From Pirellulales bacterium (lineage in GTDB: Bacteria > Planctomycetota > Planctomycetia > Pirellulales > PALSA-1355), in NCBI GenBank assembly GCA_963733035.1, contig CAVTBU010000005.1, positions 512,001 to 576,000 on the forward strand: DNA of 64,000 nucleotides, written 5' to 3'. This document shows, one piece after another, positions 1 to 10,700 of this stretch. Each line of letters starts with the position of its first letter. Position 1 is the first letter of the stretch. The notes under the pieces are model-generated. The model saw nothing but the letters and a program-made list of their open reading frames with translations, did no database searches and had not been told where the DNA came from. The position numbers and the translations under genes are program-made.

Positions 1-17
1 TCCAAAACGTGGAGTAG
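1..17 (+). CDS. 3' end of a YicC/YloC-family endoribonuclease (partial)
   Basis: Reads ..QNVE-stop (caa aac gtg gag tag), the typical YicC C-terminus, in the usual yicC-gmk-rpoZ-coaBC order. Only 4 codons are visible. Confidence 0.55.
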
Positions 18-81
18 GACGCCCACAACTTTCGCCCCGCTCAAACCGATGCCCCAGTTTGCTTCATCCCCCCGCCCTGCC

Positions 82-678
82 ATGCCCGGTACCGACACTG
101 GCCAGCTGATCGTGATTTCTGGGCCCTCGGGAGCCGGCAAGACGACGCTTTTAAAGCGACTGTTTGAAGAATGCCCCGCGCTGGTCGCCAGTGTTTCTGC
201 CACAACGCGGAAGCCTCGCCCCGGCGAGGTCGACGGGGCCGACTACCATTTCATCTCGACCGAGGAATTCAAGCGACGTCGGGCTGCCGGCGATTTCCTG
301 GAATGTTTTGAGGTTTTCGCTAGTGGAACGTGGTATGGAACGCTGGAAAGTGAAGTGGCCCCTAGCCTTGCGGCCGGCAAGTCGATAATCTTAGAGATTG
401 ACGTCCAGGGAACCATGGCGGTGCTTAAGCGGTATCCCCAGGCGATCACCATCTTCGTGCACCCCACGTCGGTTGAAAACGCGGACGATGATCTGCGGGA
501 GATTGAACGGCGTCTGCGCTCGCGTGGCACCGAGAGCGAGGAGTCGATCGAGCGGCGGCTTGCCGTGGCCCGCCGCGAATTGGAGAGTGCCCGCCAATAT
601 CAACACCAAGTGGTCAACGACGACGTTGAACGAGCCGTACAAGAAATTCGCGCCATTATCTGTCCCCCCGAGGTGTAA
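82..678 (+). CDS. gmk: Guanylate kinase
   Basis: P-loop [37 protein letters not shown]. Start is at 82 or 49. Confidence 0.96.
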   Translation: MPGTDTGQLIVISGPSGAGKTTLLKRLFEECPALVASVSATTRKPRPGEVDGADYHFISTEEFKRRRAAGDFLECFEVFASGTWYGTLESEVAPSLAAGKSIILEIDVQGTMAVLKRYPQAITIFVHPTSVENADDDLREIERRLRSRGTESEESIERRLAVARRELESARQYQHQVVNDDVERAVQEIRAIICPPEV

Positions 679-683
679 TCGTT

Positions 684-944
684 ATGCTCGACGAGCTGCG
701 AGAAGAGGAAATTGTCAATAAGGTCGGCGGCCGGTTTAAGCTGTCCACCCTGATCCAAAAGCGGCTGGTGGCGCTGAACGCCGGCAGCCGTCCGCTGGTC
801 GACATCAAGGCCGACAACAAGCTGGAAATCGTGATCCAGGAGATCATGCAGGACAAGATCTACCTCGACACCTCCCTGCAATTGAAGGTGACGGGCGAGG
901 AAGCCGCCGGCGGACCGCCCGAACTGGATTTGGCTAACCTATAG
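684..944 (+). CDS. rpoZ: RNA polymerase omega subunit (planctomycete type)
   Basis: 86 aa with [15 protein letters not shown]; lies between gmk and the coa genes. Confidence 0.88.
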   Translation: MLDELREEEIVNKVGGRFKLSTLIQKRLVALNAGSRPLVDIKADNKLEIVIQEIMQDKIYLDTSLQLKVTGEEAAGGPPELDLANL

Positions 945-951
945 TTACCGT

Positions 952-1503
952 ATGACCGGGCGAGAAATAGTCGTTGGCTGTAGCGGCGGAATCGCGGCCT
1001 TCAAGACCGCCTCGCTGGTCAGCCAATTGGTGCAGTCGGGCGCCGGTGTCTCGGTTGTCATGACACAAAGCGCCCGCGAGTTCATCGGCCCGGCCACGTT
1101 CACAGCGCTGACCGGTCGGCCGGTGCTCGATAGGACTTTCGACCCGCAATATCCGCTTGGCGCGCATATCGAGCTGGCCGAGCGGGGTGAATTGCTGTGC
1201 ATCGCGCCGGCGACGGCCAACGTACTGGCCAAGGCAGCCGCCGGTTTGGCCGACGACCTGTTGAGCACGCTGCTATTGTCGTTCACTGGTCCTGTTCTCA
1301 TGGCACCGGCCATGAACTGCGAGATGTGGGAGAAAGCCGCCGTCCAGCGAAATGTCACGCAGCTGCGGCACGACGGCATCCATTTCGTCGATCCCGAGGA
1401 AGGCTGGCTCAGTTGCCGCCGTCGCGGCATGGGCCGGATGGCCGCGCCAGAAAAAATTCTCGAAGCCATCGGCTCGCTGCTGACGAAGCCAAAAGTTGTG
1501 TGA
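952..1503 (+). CDS. coaC: Phosphopantothenoylcysteine decarboxylase (stand-alone CoaC flavoprotein)
   Basis: GGIAAFK, HIELAE, IAPATAN, APAMNCEMW and GRMAAP motifs. Confidence 0.93.
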   Translation: MTGREIVVGCSGGIAAFKTASLVSQLVQSGAGVSVVMTQSAREFIGPATFTALTGRPVLDRTFDPQYPLGAHIELAERGELLCIAPATANVLAKAAAGLADDLLSTLLLSFTGPVLMAPAMNCEMWEKAAVQRNVTQLRHDGIHFVDPEEGWLSCRRRGMGRMAAPEKILEAIGSLLTKPKVV

Positions 1504-1512
1504 CGAGATAAC

Positions 1513-2145
1513 GTGGCGCGCATCCTCATCACCTCTGGACCGACGCGGCAGTACATCGATCCGGTGCGCTATCTGACGAATGCGTCCAGTGGTCGGATGG
1601 GAAAGGCACTCGCCGAGGCAGCGCTGGAACACGGCCACGAGGTCGTGATCGTCAGCGGTCCGGTCGATATCCAGTATCCCGCCGCCGCACGCGTGATTGA
1701 CGTCATTTCAACCGAAGATATGCTCGCGGCGGCTCAGCGAGTTTTCCCCGAATGCGACGGCCTGATCGGCGTGGCCGCGCCCAGCGACTACCGTCCGGTG
1801 AAAGTAGCTCCTAACAAGATCGCCAAGACGGGTGATCCGCTGGTGCTCAATCTGGTCGAAACGGCCGACGTAGTCGCGACCCTCGGCGCTCAGAAAACGA
1901 AGCAATGGCTCGTGGGTTTCGCCCTGGAAACCGAAGATCATCGACTGCGAGCTCTCGCCAAGCTGGAGAAGAAACACTGCGATTTGATGGTCTCCAACGG
2001 TCCCGAGGCGATGCATTCGCTCGAGAATCACGTGGAAATCATCGACCGCGCCGGCAACGTCCTGGAAACGCTTTCGGGCCCCAAGGAAGAAGTCGCCCGC
2101 GGCATTTTCACCGTGATCGAAGAGCGGCTCGTGCGGGTCAAATGA
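1513..2145 (+). CDS. coaB: Phosphopantothenate--cysteine ligase (stand-alone CoaB)
   Basis: ITSGPTRQYIDPVRYLTNASSGRMG, AAPSDY, VGFALET. Has its own GTG start 9 nt after the coaC stop. Confidence 0.92.
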   Translation: MARILITSGPTRQYIDPVRYLTNASSGRMGKALAEAALEHGHEVVIVSGPVDIQYPAAARVIDVISTEDMLAAAQRVFPECDGLIGVAAPSDYRPVKVAPNKIAKTGDPLVLNLVETADVVATLGAQKTKQWLVGFALETEDHRLRALAKLEKKHCDLMVSNGPEAMHSLENHVEIIDRAGNVLETLSGPKEEVARGIFTVIEERLVRVK

Positions 2146-2193
2146 AGTCGGCCACGGCGGCCGCCGATAGGGCGTCGCGGCGTCGCCTAGGAC

Positions 2194-3514
2194 TCATTCC
2201 GGTTTTGCGACCGGCAGCGGCACGTTCTTGAACGTCAGGTACACGTCGCGCTTCGAACGCAGCCGGGGATAGTGTAGCCGCAGCGTATGCGCTTTGCTGT
2301 CAGCCGAGTCCCCGTGAAACGTGATGCGAAGCTGCACGCCCCGTTCGGTGAGCGAGGGCGTCTGGCTCTGCACGCGAAACGGCTCGCCGGCCTGGTCGAC
2401 CAGTTCCAAGTCGTATTCGCGGAAAACCACTTCCTGCGGATCGGGCATCGCCAGGTCGCGGAGCACGTGCACCGTTACTACGTAGCGGCCCGCGGTCGGT
2501 TCCTCGATTGAATCGAGCAGCATCACGACGTCGTCCTGGGCGTGCGGCATGTTTGGTTCGAAGTCCGCGGTCTCCAGCACGGCCGGTTCGCCCGTCGCAA
2601 TCAGCCCCCAACGGATGGTGAACGTTTCCAGCGTCTGCGCCGATACGGGCACCGGATTGAGCTTCAGACTGGCAGTTACTTGCCGCAAGCCGCGAGAGGT
2701 GGCATTCCACCCGCCGCCCGATGGCTGAGCCGCCGAGAGAATCACGTGGTTGTCGGTCACACCCTCGACCAACTCGGGTTGCGTGGCATAGCCCACGATG
2801 CCAAAGCGGTCTTCCCAGTTGAACTGCAAGTTAATGTGGAAACTGTGTGTCAGCTCCGACTTTTGCTCTTCATAGTTAAGCTCCTCGACGAAGTAACGCT
2901 TGGCGTTGATAATCTGTGCTCGCACGGGCCCAGCGTAAGCTCGCGGATAGGCGCCCGGCGAACCGGAACTGACCACGACGCCCGGCGTGTGCATGTCGTA
3001 GTGCGGCCGCACGCGGTTACCCGTGCGGAGACAAATCTCGTCCACGGCTTCCCAGTAACAAACGCCGTCAAAAACAACGTCAAGTTCTTTCTCGGCAAAC
3101 GTTCCGTACGGGTCGCCCACGTGGATCTTGTTCCCACTCTGCTTGCCGAGCTCGCGCAGGATATCCGCCGCGGGCTGTCCAGCGGCCTCCAGGGTGATCA
3201 GACTCGGGGCCCAAATCTCGTCGAGTTTGATCGCTTCGAGCAGTTGACCTGCGCAGACGAATTTCGGGGTCGGCGTCGTTGAGTGCCTTCTCTAGCTGTT
3301 CTCGGCTGCCATTGCCGATTTTCGCCAGACGTTGAAACGCACCGCGTCGAGTCGAAAAGTCCCGGTCGCCCAGCTGTTTAATGAGCGTGGCCACGCGCAC
3401 TTCGTCGGCAGGCTTCGGTTGAGCCACCACGTCGACCGGTGACGCGAGTAGTATCAGCGCCAACAGACTCGGCATGCCGGCACGCCGGCAAACCCGCGGA
3501 GAGTTCCAATCCAT
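2194..3514 (-). CDS. Secreted hypothetical protein with an N-terminal HEAT-like repeat (one gene, frameshift near 3252)
   Basis: Signal-like N-terminus and LIKQLGDRDFSTRRGA..DPEIRLR HEAT motif. Restoring 2 nt at ~3252 joins ORFs 3080..3514 and 2194..3120. Confidence 0.7.
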
Positions 3515-3734
3515 GGACCGGCTCCTGCGGAAACTTGGTTTCTGGTTCGAGCAGTTCGTTGCCCGGACGCGTTATCGTCCCGTTCCGCTTGCCGACACCC
3601 AACGGCTCGGCCGGGCATGGGCAAGCGTCCCGAGGCCGGTTATCCTGTCGGCTCGGGATACTTAATTCCAAAACGGGCGAACAGTACGAAAACGCCTCCG
3701 CCGGGTCAATGCCGAGCCGAGGACGAGAATTTCC

Positions 3735-4709
3735 ATGACGGCACAGACAGCACCTGCCGAAGTCGACTGCTTGAGCGTCGGCATCCTCGTAGCCGACCAT
3801 CTCTGCGATCCGATTGACCACGTTCCGGCCGCCGGCGAATTGATCCTCTCCGAACGGCTGCCGTTGGCCATCGGCGGGTGCGCATCGAACGTGGGGATCG
3901 ATTTGGCCAGACTTGGCGTTCGCGTGGGCGTCATAGGCTGCGTCGGGCAAGACGCGTTCGGCCGCTTTATTATTGACGCATTGGCTGCCGCACAAGTCGA
4001 CGTACGTGGAATTCGCCAACTGGCCCATGCGGAAACTTCCGGCACGTTGATCATCAATGTGCGGGGCGAGGATCGCAGGTTCGTGCATGCCGTGGGTGCC
4101 AACGCCCATTTGCAGGTAGCCGACATTCCACGAGAACGTGTTCGACAGTCCAAGGTGCTCTATGTTGGTGGCTATTTGCTCATGCCAGCGCTCGAAGGCG
4201 AGCCGCTGGCCGCCTTGTTTCGCGATGCCCGGGCGGCAGGCGTCAAAACCGTGCTCGACCTCGTGCTGCCTGGACCGGGAAACCACTGGCCAAAACTCGA
4301 GCAGGTCTTGGCCGAGACCGACGTCTTTCTGCCAAATACCGACGAAGCCCGGATGCTCTCTGGCGAGGTGGATCCCTTGCGTCAGGCGGAGCGGTTTGCC
4401 GCGGCCGGAGCCGGCGCGGTCGTGATCACCTGCGGCGGCGAAGGGTCGATCATTGTATCGGGCAATCAGCGGATGCGGGCCGAAGCGCATCAGATGGAAT
4501 ACAAGGGGGGCACCGGTGCGGGAGACGCCTTCGACGCCGGCTTCATTGCGGGTCTTCTTTTAGGACACGATCTAGCCGATTGCGTCCGCTGGGGAAGCGC
4601 CGTCGGAGCGAGCTGCGTACGATCGATCAGCGCCACTGACAGCGTGTTCACTCGCGCCGAAGCCGAAGCCTTCTTGCGGGAACATCCGTTGGCGGTGCAC
4701 CGTCTTTAG
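3735..4709 (+). CDS. PfkB/ribokinase-family carbohydrate kinase
   Basis: GGCASNVG..LARLG, FLPNTDEA and the TGAGDAFDAGF signature. Confidence 0.93.
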   Translation: MTAQTAPAEVDCLSVGILVADHLCDPIDHVPAAGELILSERLPLAIGGCASNVGIDLARLGVRVGVIGCVGQDAFGRFIIDALAAAQVDVRGIRQLAHAETSGTLIINVRGEDRRFVHAVGANAHLQVADIPRERVRQSKVLYVGGYLLMPALEGEPLAALFRDARAAGVKTVLDLVLPGPGNHWPKLEQVLAETDVFLPNTDEARMLSGEVDPLRQAERFAAAGAGAVVITCGGEGSIIVSGNQRMRAEAHQMEYKGGTGAGDAFDAGFIAGLLLGHDLADCVRWGSAVGASCVRSISATDSVFTRAEAEAFLREHPLAVHRL

Positions 4710-4929
4710 ACATTCCGCCTCTAAGCATTCCGCCCACGAACGGCCCCTTGGTTCGGCTCGCCCCCCACTCTTGGGATTTGCTTTTTGCCGGTCGTAGCGG
4801 AAACGGCAATTTGCGACTCCGAAAGTGACGGCTGTCGCCAATCACTCCACCGGTTTGTGTCCTATGGTTTTTTGAGGCTGGAGCGATAGGCCAGCCCTGG
4901 CAGATGAGCGACCTCGATGAGACGGCACC

Positions 4930-5106
4930 TTGCGCAAGATCTTGCACCGCTTCCGTCGGTTTTTTGGCTCGGACGAAGGTCCGACGGCGGTGGAGTACGC
5001 CGTTATGTTGGCACTCATTCTGTTGGTCTGCGTGTCGGGCGCTCGGACGCTCGGCTGCAGCATGCAAGCCCCCATGGCAACGACCGCAAATGAACTGGGG
5101 AAATAG
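4930..5106 (+). CDS. Flp family (Tad) pilin, 58 aa; absent from the ORF track
   Basis: TTG start; MRKILHRFRRFFGSDEG|PTAVEYAVMLALILLVCVSGARTLG.. carries the Flp G|xxxxEY motif followed by a hydrophobic helix. Confidence 0.9.
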   Translation: MRKILHRFRRFFGSDEGPTAVEYAVMLALILLVCVSGARTLGCSMQAPMATTANELGK

Positions 5107-5202
5107 GACTCCGTCGCGCGAATTGACAATTCCACAACGAACCGAGCGACCAAATTGAGGTAGGGTTTCCGTAGCCGCATTGATCTCCAACAGAGGCAAA
5201 CC

Positions 5203-5685
5203 ATGTTCCGAAACAAACCACGCCGCCAATTGTTCGTCGACAAACACGTTCAAGGTGCTCTGCTCTATCGCATCGCCATCTATTGGTGCTTCTCGGTTTT
5301 GACGGTCTGCCTCATTACGCTCTGCGCGAGAGCCATTACACATCCGAATCAACCGTTCCTCGACTACTTTGCTTTTGGCGAGTTCTTCGTGCAGTACGGC
5401 CCGGTCATATTGACTTCGTTGGTGCTGGTACCGCTGATCATGTTCGACGTGGTGGCCATCAGCAATCGCTTTGTCGGCCCGCTGTTCCGCATGCGCCGCT
5501 CAATGCGAGCCCTGGCCGCGGGCGAAGAAGTCGAGCCAATCCATTTTCGCGAGAAGGACTACTGGCAGGAATTGGCCCAGGAGTTCAACCTCGTGCTTGT
5601 CCGGGTCGAGGAGTTGAAACAAGAACTTGCCGAAACCAAACAGAAGTTGGCCGAAGCCGAGCTCGAGACAGTCGGAAAGAAATAG
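5203..5685 (+). CDS. Two-TM membrane protein with a HAMP-like linker and coiled-coil tail
   Basis: Two hydrophobic segments, then RFVGPLFRMRRSMRALAAGE..ELAQEFN. GAGG RBS upstream. Confidence 0.75.
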   Translation: MFRNKPRRQLFVDKHVQGALLYRIAIYWCFSVLTVCLITLCARAITHPNQPFLDYFAFGEFFVQYGPVILTSLVLVPLIMFDVVAISNRFVGPLFRMRRSMRALAAGEEVEPIHFREKDYWQELAQEFNLVLVRVEELKQELAETKQKLAEAELETVGKK

Positions 5686-5764
5686 CCGGGCGGAAGCGAG
5701 CAACGATCTCCGATGTGCTCGGCAGCGAGCCCCATTTTCCGGCGTAAAAGCGGACCTGCCGTTG

Positions 5765-5793
5765 TTGACAGCCGCGGCGGGCCGGCCTATGCT
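5765..5793 (+). promoter_or_regulatory. Sigma70-type promoter of the cimA leader
   Basis: TTGACA (5765-5770), 17-nt spacer, TATGCT (5788-5793). Confidence 0.8.
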
Positions 5794-5829
5794 AAAACCC
5801 TCACTTGCTCGTCAGTTTGAGAACCTACG

Positions 5830-5913
5830 ATGCTTGTCTTTGGCCGCCTGAACCGAAACGTTGCCGCCGCGATCGCCGTTGGCGTCATTATTATTTCGGA
5901 GGTGCGGCCGTAA
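5830..5913 (+). CDS. Ile/Val-rich attenuator leader peptide (27 aa)
   Basis: MLVFGRLNRNVAAAIAVGVIIISEVRP*, with three tandem ATT codons, between the promoter and the terminator upstream of cimA. Confidence 0.82.
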   Translation: MLVFGRLNRNVAAAIAVGVIIISEVRP

Positions 5914-5942
5914 GGGCGAAGCGGTGAAGACCGATTCAAACC

Positions 5943-5986
5943 AAGCCCCGAGGCCGCCAAGGCCTCGGGGCTTTTTTCGTTTTTTT
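5943..5986 (+). terminator. Attenuator intrinsic terminator upstream of cimA
   Basis: Perfect 13-bp stem AAGCCCCGAGGCC / GGCCTCGGGGCTT with a 5-nt loop, followed by TTTTCGTTTTTTT. Confidence 0.9.
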
Positions 5987-6033
5987 GTCCCACAAAACTC
6001 CGAGTCCTCCTCGAACCACTGGAAACCAAGACT

Positions 6034-7647
6034 ATGCGTCGCATTCAGATGTACGACACGACCCTCCGCGACGGCAGCCAGGGCGAAGGTGTCAACTTCT
6101 CGCTGCAAGACAAGCTGCTGATCACCGAACGTCTCGACAGCCTGGGTTTCGACTACGTCGAAGGAGGCTTTCCCGCATCGAACGAAAAAGACGCCCAGTA
6201 CTTTGCCCGCCTCGCCGACCTTAGGCTTCAGAACGTCAAAGTCTGTGCCTTTGGCATGACGCGCCGCCGCGGCGTTCGGCCCGAAGACGACCCGGGCATG
6301 CGGGCCTTGGTCGCGGCCAACACCAAGGTGATCACGTTGGTGGGAAAAACCTCCTCTTTTCACGTCAGCGAAGTACTCCGTGTCTCGCTAGAGGAAAACC
6401 TGGCTATGATCGCCGACAGCGTCCGCTACCTGCGCGAAGCTGGCCGCGAGGTCGTCTACGACGCCGAACACTTTTTCGACGGCTGGAAGCTCGATCCGGA
6501 ATATGCCCTCAAAACCGTGCGGGCCGCCGCCGAAGCTGGCGCAAGTATCGTCGTGATGTGCGACACCAACGGCGGCACCATGCCCGAGGAGATCTCCAAA
6601 ATCACGCGCGACGCGATCGCGGGCCTGGCCGTTCCGGTTGGCATCCATTGTCACAACGACTGCGAACTCGCGGTGGCCAACTCCCTGGCCTCGGTCGATG
6701 CTGGCGCCGCGCAGGTGCAGGGCACGGTCAACGGCCTGGGCGAACGTTGTGGCAATGCCGACTTGATCTCGGTCATCGCCAACCTGGCCGTCAAAAAGCA
6801 GGGTTACGAAGTCCTCGACGGCGGCGCCGCCGAACATCTGACCGAACTGTCGCGGTTCGTCTACGAGACGGCCAACCTGCGGCTACGCTCAAACCAGCCA
6901 TTTGTCGGTCAGAGCGCCTTTGCTCACAAAGGTGGCATGCACGTACACGCAGTCGCGCGGGCGACTTCAAGCTACGAGCACATCGCTCCGGAACTGGTCG
7001 GCAACGAGCGACGAATCTTGGTCAGCGAACTATCGGGACGTTCCAACATCAAGGCGGTTGTTGGCGAAACGCCCGCCGGCGCCAGCGACGATCCTCAACT
7101 CATGGATCGCATATTGGCCCGAGTGGTTGAACTCGAGAACCAGGGCTACCAGTACGAGGCGGCTCAGGGCTCTTTCGACCTGCTGGTGAAGAAGGTCGCG
7201 GGAACCTATCGTCCTCACTTCGAGCGGATCCATTTCCGCGTGAATGTCGAGGCTGATGGACCGGATAACGTGGTAACCGAAGCCACGGTAAAGCTCGGCG
7301 TCGATGGCCAGGTGCGGCACGAAGTGGCCGAGGGGGATGGCCCGGTGAACGCCCTGGACGCCGCCCTCCGCAAGGCCTTGCACGCGCATTTCCCGAACCT
7401 CGCCCAGATGCAACTGGTCGATTACAAAGTGCGGGTCATCAACACCGAAGCCGGTACTGCCGCTGGCGTGCGCGTAGTGATCGAAAGCCGCGACGAGGAT
7501 GACGTGTGGGGGACCGTCGGCGTGAGCGAGAACATCATCGAGGCCAGTTGGATCGCGCTGGTCGATAGCTTCGAATACAAGCTCTATAAGGACCAAAGTT
7601 CCAAATCGTCGGACACTCGGACGAAAGCCATGCCGGTATCGGGCTGA
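6034..7647 (+). CDS. cimA: Citramalate synthase (TIGR00977-type LeuA-like)
   Basis: YDTTLRDGSQGEG, YDAEHFFDG, HCHND, GERCGNA, AFAHKGGMH and a C-terminal regulatory domain with GDGPVNALD. Confidence 0.92.
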   Translation: MRRIQMYDTTLRDGSQGEGVNFSLQDKLLITERLDSLGFDYVEGGFPASNEKDAQYFARLADLRLQNVKVCAFGMTRRRGVRPEDDPGMRALVAANTKVITLVGKTSSFHVSEVLRVSLEENLAMIADSVRYLREAGREVVYDAEHFFDGWKLDPEYALKTVRAAAEAGASIVVMCDTNGGTMPEEISKITRDAIAGLAVPVGIHCHNDCELAVANSLASVDAGAAQVQGTVNGLGERCGNADLISVIANLAVKKQGYEVLDGGAAEHLTELSRFVYETANLRLRSNQPFVGQSAFAHKGGMHVHAVARATSSYEHIAPELVGNERRILVSELSGRSNIKAVVGETPAGASDDPQLMDRILARVVELENQGYQYEAAQGSFDLLVKKVAGTYRPHFERIHFRVNVEADGPDNVVTEATVKLGVDGQVRHEVAEGDGPVNALDAALRKALHAHFPNLAQMQLVDYKVRVINTEAGTAAGVRVVIESRDEDDVWGTVGVSENIIEASWIALVDSFEYKLYKDQSSKSSDTRTKAMPVSG

Positions 7648-7735
7648 AGCGGAACTCGCCTGTTGATCGACTCCCCGTGCCGGTAGAATTTCAGCCGGCC
7701 CGGAGTTTTCCCTCACCACCCAACCGAATGCCGAA

Positions 7736-10700
7736 ATGTCGACAGACTCCAATACCGCCGAGCTTCCCAAGCAATACGATCACGAGGCCGCCCAGAGCCG
7801 CTGGTACCCGTTCTGGAAAGCGCAGGGCTACTTCCATAGCGAGCCCGATCCGAACCGCAAGCCGTTCACGATCGTCATTCCACCGCCGAACGTGACCGGT
7901 GCCCTGCACCTGGGGCACGCGCTTAATAACACGTTGCAAGATACGCTCATCCGCTGGCGGCGAATGCAGGGTTACAACGCACTCTGGATGCCCGGCACCG
8001 ACCACGCCGGCATCGCCACCCAGGCCGTGGTCGAGCGGCGACTGTTCGAGGAAGACAAGCTCACCCGCCACGATCTGGGCCGCGCGAAGCTCGTCGAAAA
8101 AATCTGGGCGTGGAAAGAAGAGTACGAAAAGCGCATCCTCGGCCAGCTCGAACGGATGGGCTGTAGCTGCGATTGGCAACGCACGCGGTTCACCCTCGAC
8201 GACATCTGCGCCGGGCCGTGCGTCACACCTTCTTTCGCTTGTTCAAAGACGGGCTCATCTACCGCGGCACCCGACTAGTGAATTGGGACACACATCTGCA
8301 AACAGCGGTCAGTGACGACGAGGTATTCCACGAAACCGTTCAGGGACACTTCTGGCATCTCAAGTACCCCGTGATTGACGCCCTGCCCGGCGAACCGGAG
8401 CATGTGAGCATCGCCACGACGCGGCCGGAAACGATGCTGGGCGATACGGCCGTGGCCGTGCATCCCGATCCGGGAGCGGCCCTCGACGCCTTCGAAGCGG
8501 AATTGAAACAAAAACTGGCCGCGGCTCCGGCGAAAGAAAGGCCGGCCGTTCAGGCGCAACTCGGAGAATTGGCCGAGCGGCGCCGCACGGTGCTTCCGCA
8601 GTTGATCCACCTGCGCGACATGGCGCGCGCTGGCCGCAAGGTGATGCTGCCGCTGTTGGACCGCCCAATCCCGCTCGTGGCCGACGAGTGGGCCAAACCC
8701 GAGTTGGGAAGCGGCTGTGTGAAAATCACGCCGGCCCACGATCCAAATGACTACGAGGTGGGCAAACGGCAAGACTTGCCGATGGTCAACATTCTCAATT
8801 CCAACGGCACGCTGAACGACAACGCCGGACCCTACCAGGGACTCACGATGAAGGCGGGCCGTGAGCGGGTGGTGGCTGATCTCGAATCGCTCGGTCTGCT
8901 CGAAAAGGTCGAGGACCGTGAAATCGAATTAGCACATTCCGACCGCTCGAAGATGCCAATCGAGCCGTACCTGGCCGACCAGTGGTTTGTGAAGATGGAT
9001 CGGCTGGCGCAAAGCGCGATGGATGCGGTGACCGATGGACGCGTCAAGATCGTGCCGCCGCGCTACGGCCGCGGTTATCTCGACTGGCTCGGCGAAAAGC
9101 GCGACTGGCCGGTGAGCCGTCAGCTCTGGTGGGGACACCAGATTCCCATCTGGTACGCGCGCACTGCCAGCGAAGCCGATTTAAGAAAAGCCTTTGCAGG
9201 ACGTGACGATGTTTGCTGGCACCGCGACGCCGAACACGACCAGTGGCTCGTTTGCGCGCTCGAAGAGGACCTGACCGAAGACGCCGTTGCAGGCCACAAG
9301 CTCACGCGCGAAGTTGACGTGCTCGACACCTGGTTCAGCTCAGGTTTGTGGCCACACTCGACACTTGGTTGGCCGGATAAGACCCCGGAACTCGACTACT
9401 ACTACCCAACCAGCACGCTCATCACCAGCCGCGACATTATCACTCTGTGGGTGGCCCGCATGGTGCTGCTGGGAATCTACAACGTGGGCGAGGTGCCGTT
9501 CCACGACGTCTACATCCACCCTAAGATTCTCGACGGCTACGGCGAGGGCATGTCGAAGTCGAAGGGCAACGGTGTGGATCCGCTCGACGTAATCGAAAAG
9601 TTCGGCGCCGATTCCCTCCGCTTCAGCCTGGCGTACTTGACCACCGAAACACAGGACGTGCGAATGCCGGTCGAGTTCGAGTGCCCACATTGCCAGGCAG
9701 CAATCGAACAGACCAAGAAGAATCGCGTGCAACCGCGTGTGGAGTGTAAGAAGTGCGGCCAGCCGTTTTCAACCCAGTGGGCCAACAAACCCGAGGATCG
9801 AGCCCTGCCGCGCGGGGCCGTCATTAGCGAGCGTTTCGAGCTGGGGCGCAATTTCTGCAACAAGCTGTGGAACGCGGCGCGGTTCGCATTGCTGAACCTT
9901 GAGGGTTACACGCCGCGACCGGTGGGCGAGCAAGAACTGGCCGTGGAAGATCGCTGGATCTTGAGCCGTCTGGCAACGGTCACCGCGGAAACAACGGCAG
10001 CACTCGAAACCTACCGCTATGGCGACGCGGCCCGCGTGCTCTACGACTTCGCCTGGAACGAGTTCTGTAGCTTCTACGTCGAGATGGCCAAAGGGCGATT
10101 GCAAGACGAACGGGCTCGCCTCGTGGCCCAGCGCGTGCTGGCACATACGCTCGATTCCATCGTGCGACTGCTGCACCCGATGATCCCGTTCATTACCGAA
10201 GAAATCTGGCAACGGCTGGCGGAGGCCGCGCCCCGACGTGGATTGACCCAACCGTCGCCTGCTGCAGAAAGCGTGATGATCGCTCCCTGGCCGGAAGCCG
10301 ACGCTGCGCGGCAAGACCCCCAGATCGAAGTTCGCTTCGCGCAGTTTCAGGAAGTGCTCAAGGGATTGCGCGACATCCGCAGCCGACAAAACATCCCGCC
10401 TAAGGCCAGGCTGCATTTTTCCGTTCGTTGCGATGCGCAGATGTCGAATCTGCTCAAGCCGATGGAGCCCTACTTCGAGTCGATGGCCGGCGCAGGCAAC
10501 GGCCTGGGGTGCCGACATCACAGCGCCAGAAACCAGCGCCGCGTTCTTTGCTTCTGGCGCCGAAGTGTTTGTCGATCTGGCCGAGCACATCGACCTCGAC
10601 GCCGAGCGCATCCGGCAAACCAAAGAACGGGACCGATTGGCCGGCGCGATCTCCCAGAAGGAAAAACAACTGGCCAACGAAAACTTCGTCAGTCGAGCCC

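Noticed and set aside
4711..4735. Short direct repeat CATTCCGCC x2 after the PfkB gene
   Set aside because: Only two 9-bp copies with no spacer structure; not CRISPR-like and compatible with chance.
4780..4850. Possible c-di-GMP-I riboswitch upstream of the Flp pilin (GGCAA..CGAAAG)
   Set aside because: The stem around GAAA does not pair convincingly and the GACGCAAAGC core is missing. An Infernal/Rfam scan would settle it.
7648..7735. T-box leader for valS
   Set aside because: Only 88 nt are available, with no T-box sequence or terminator.
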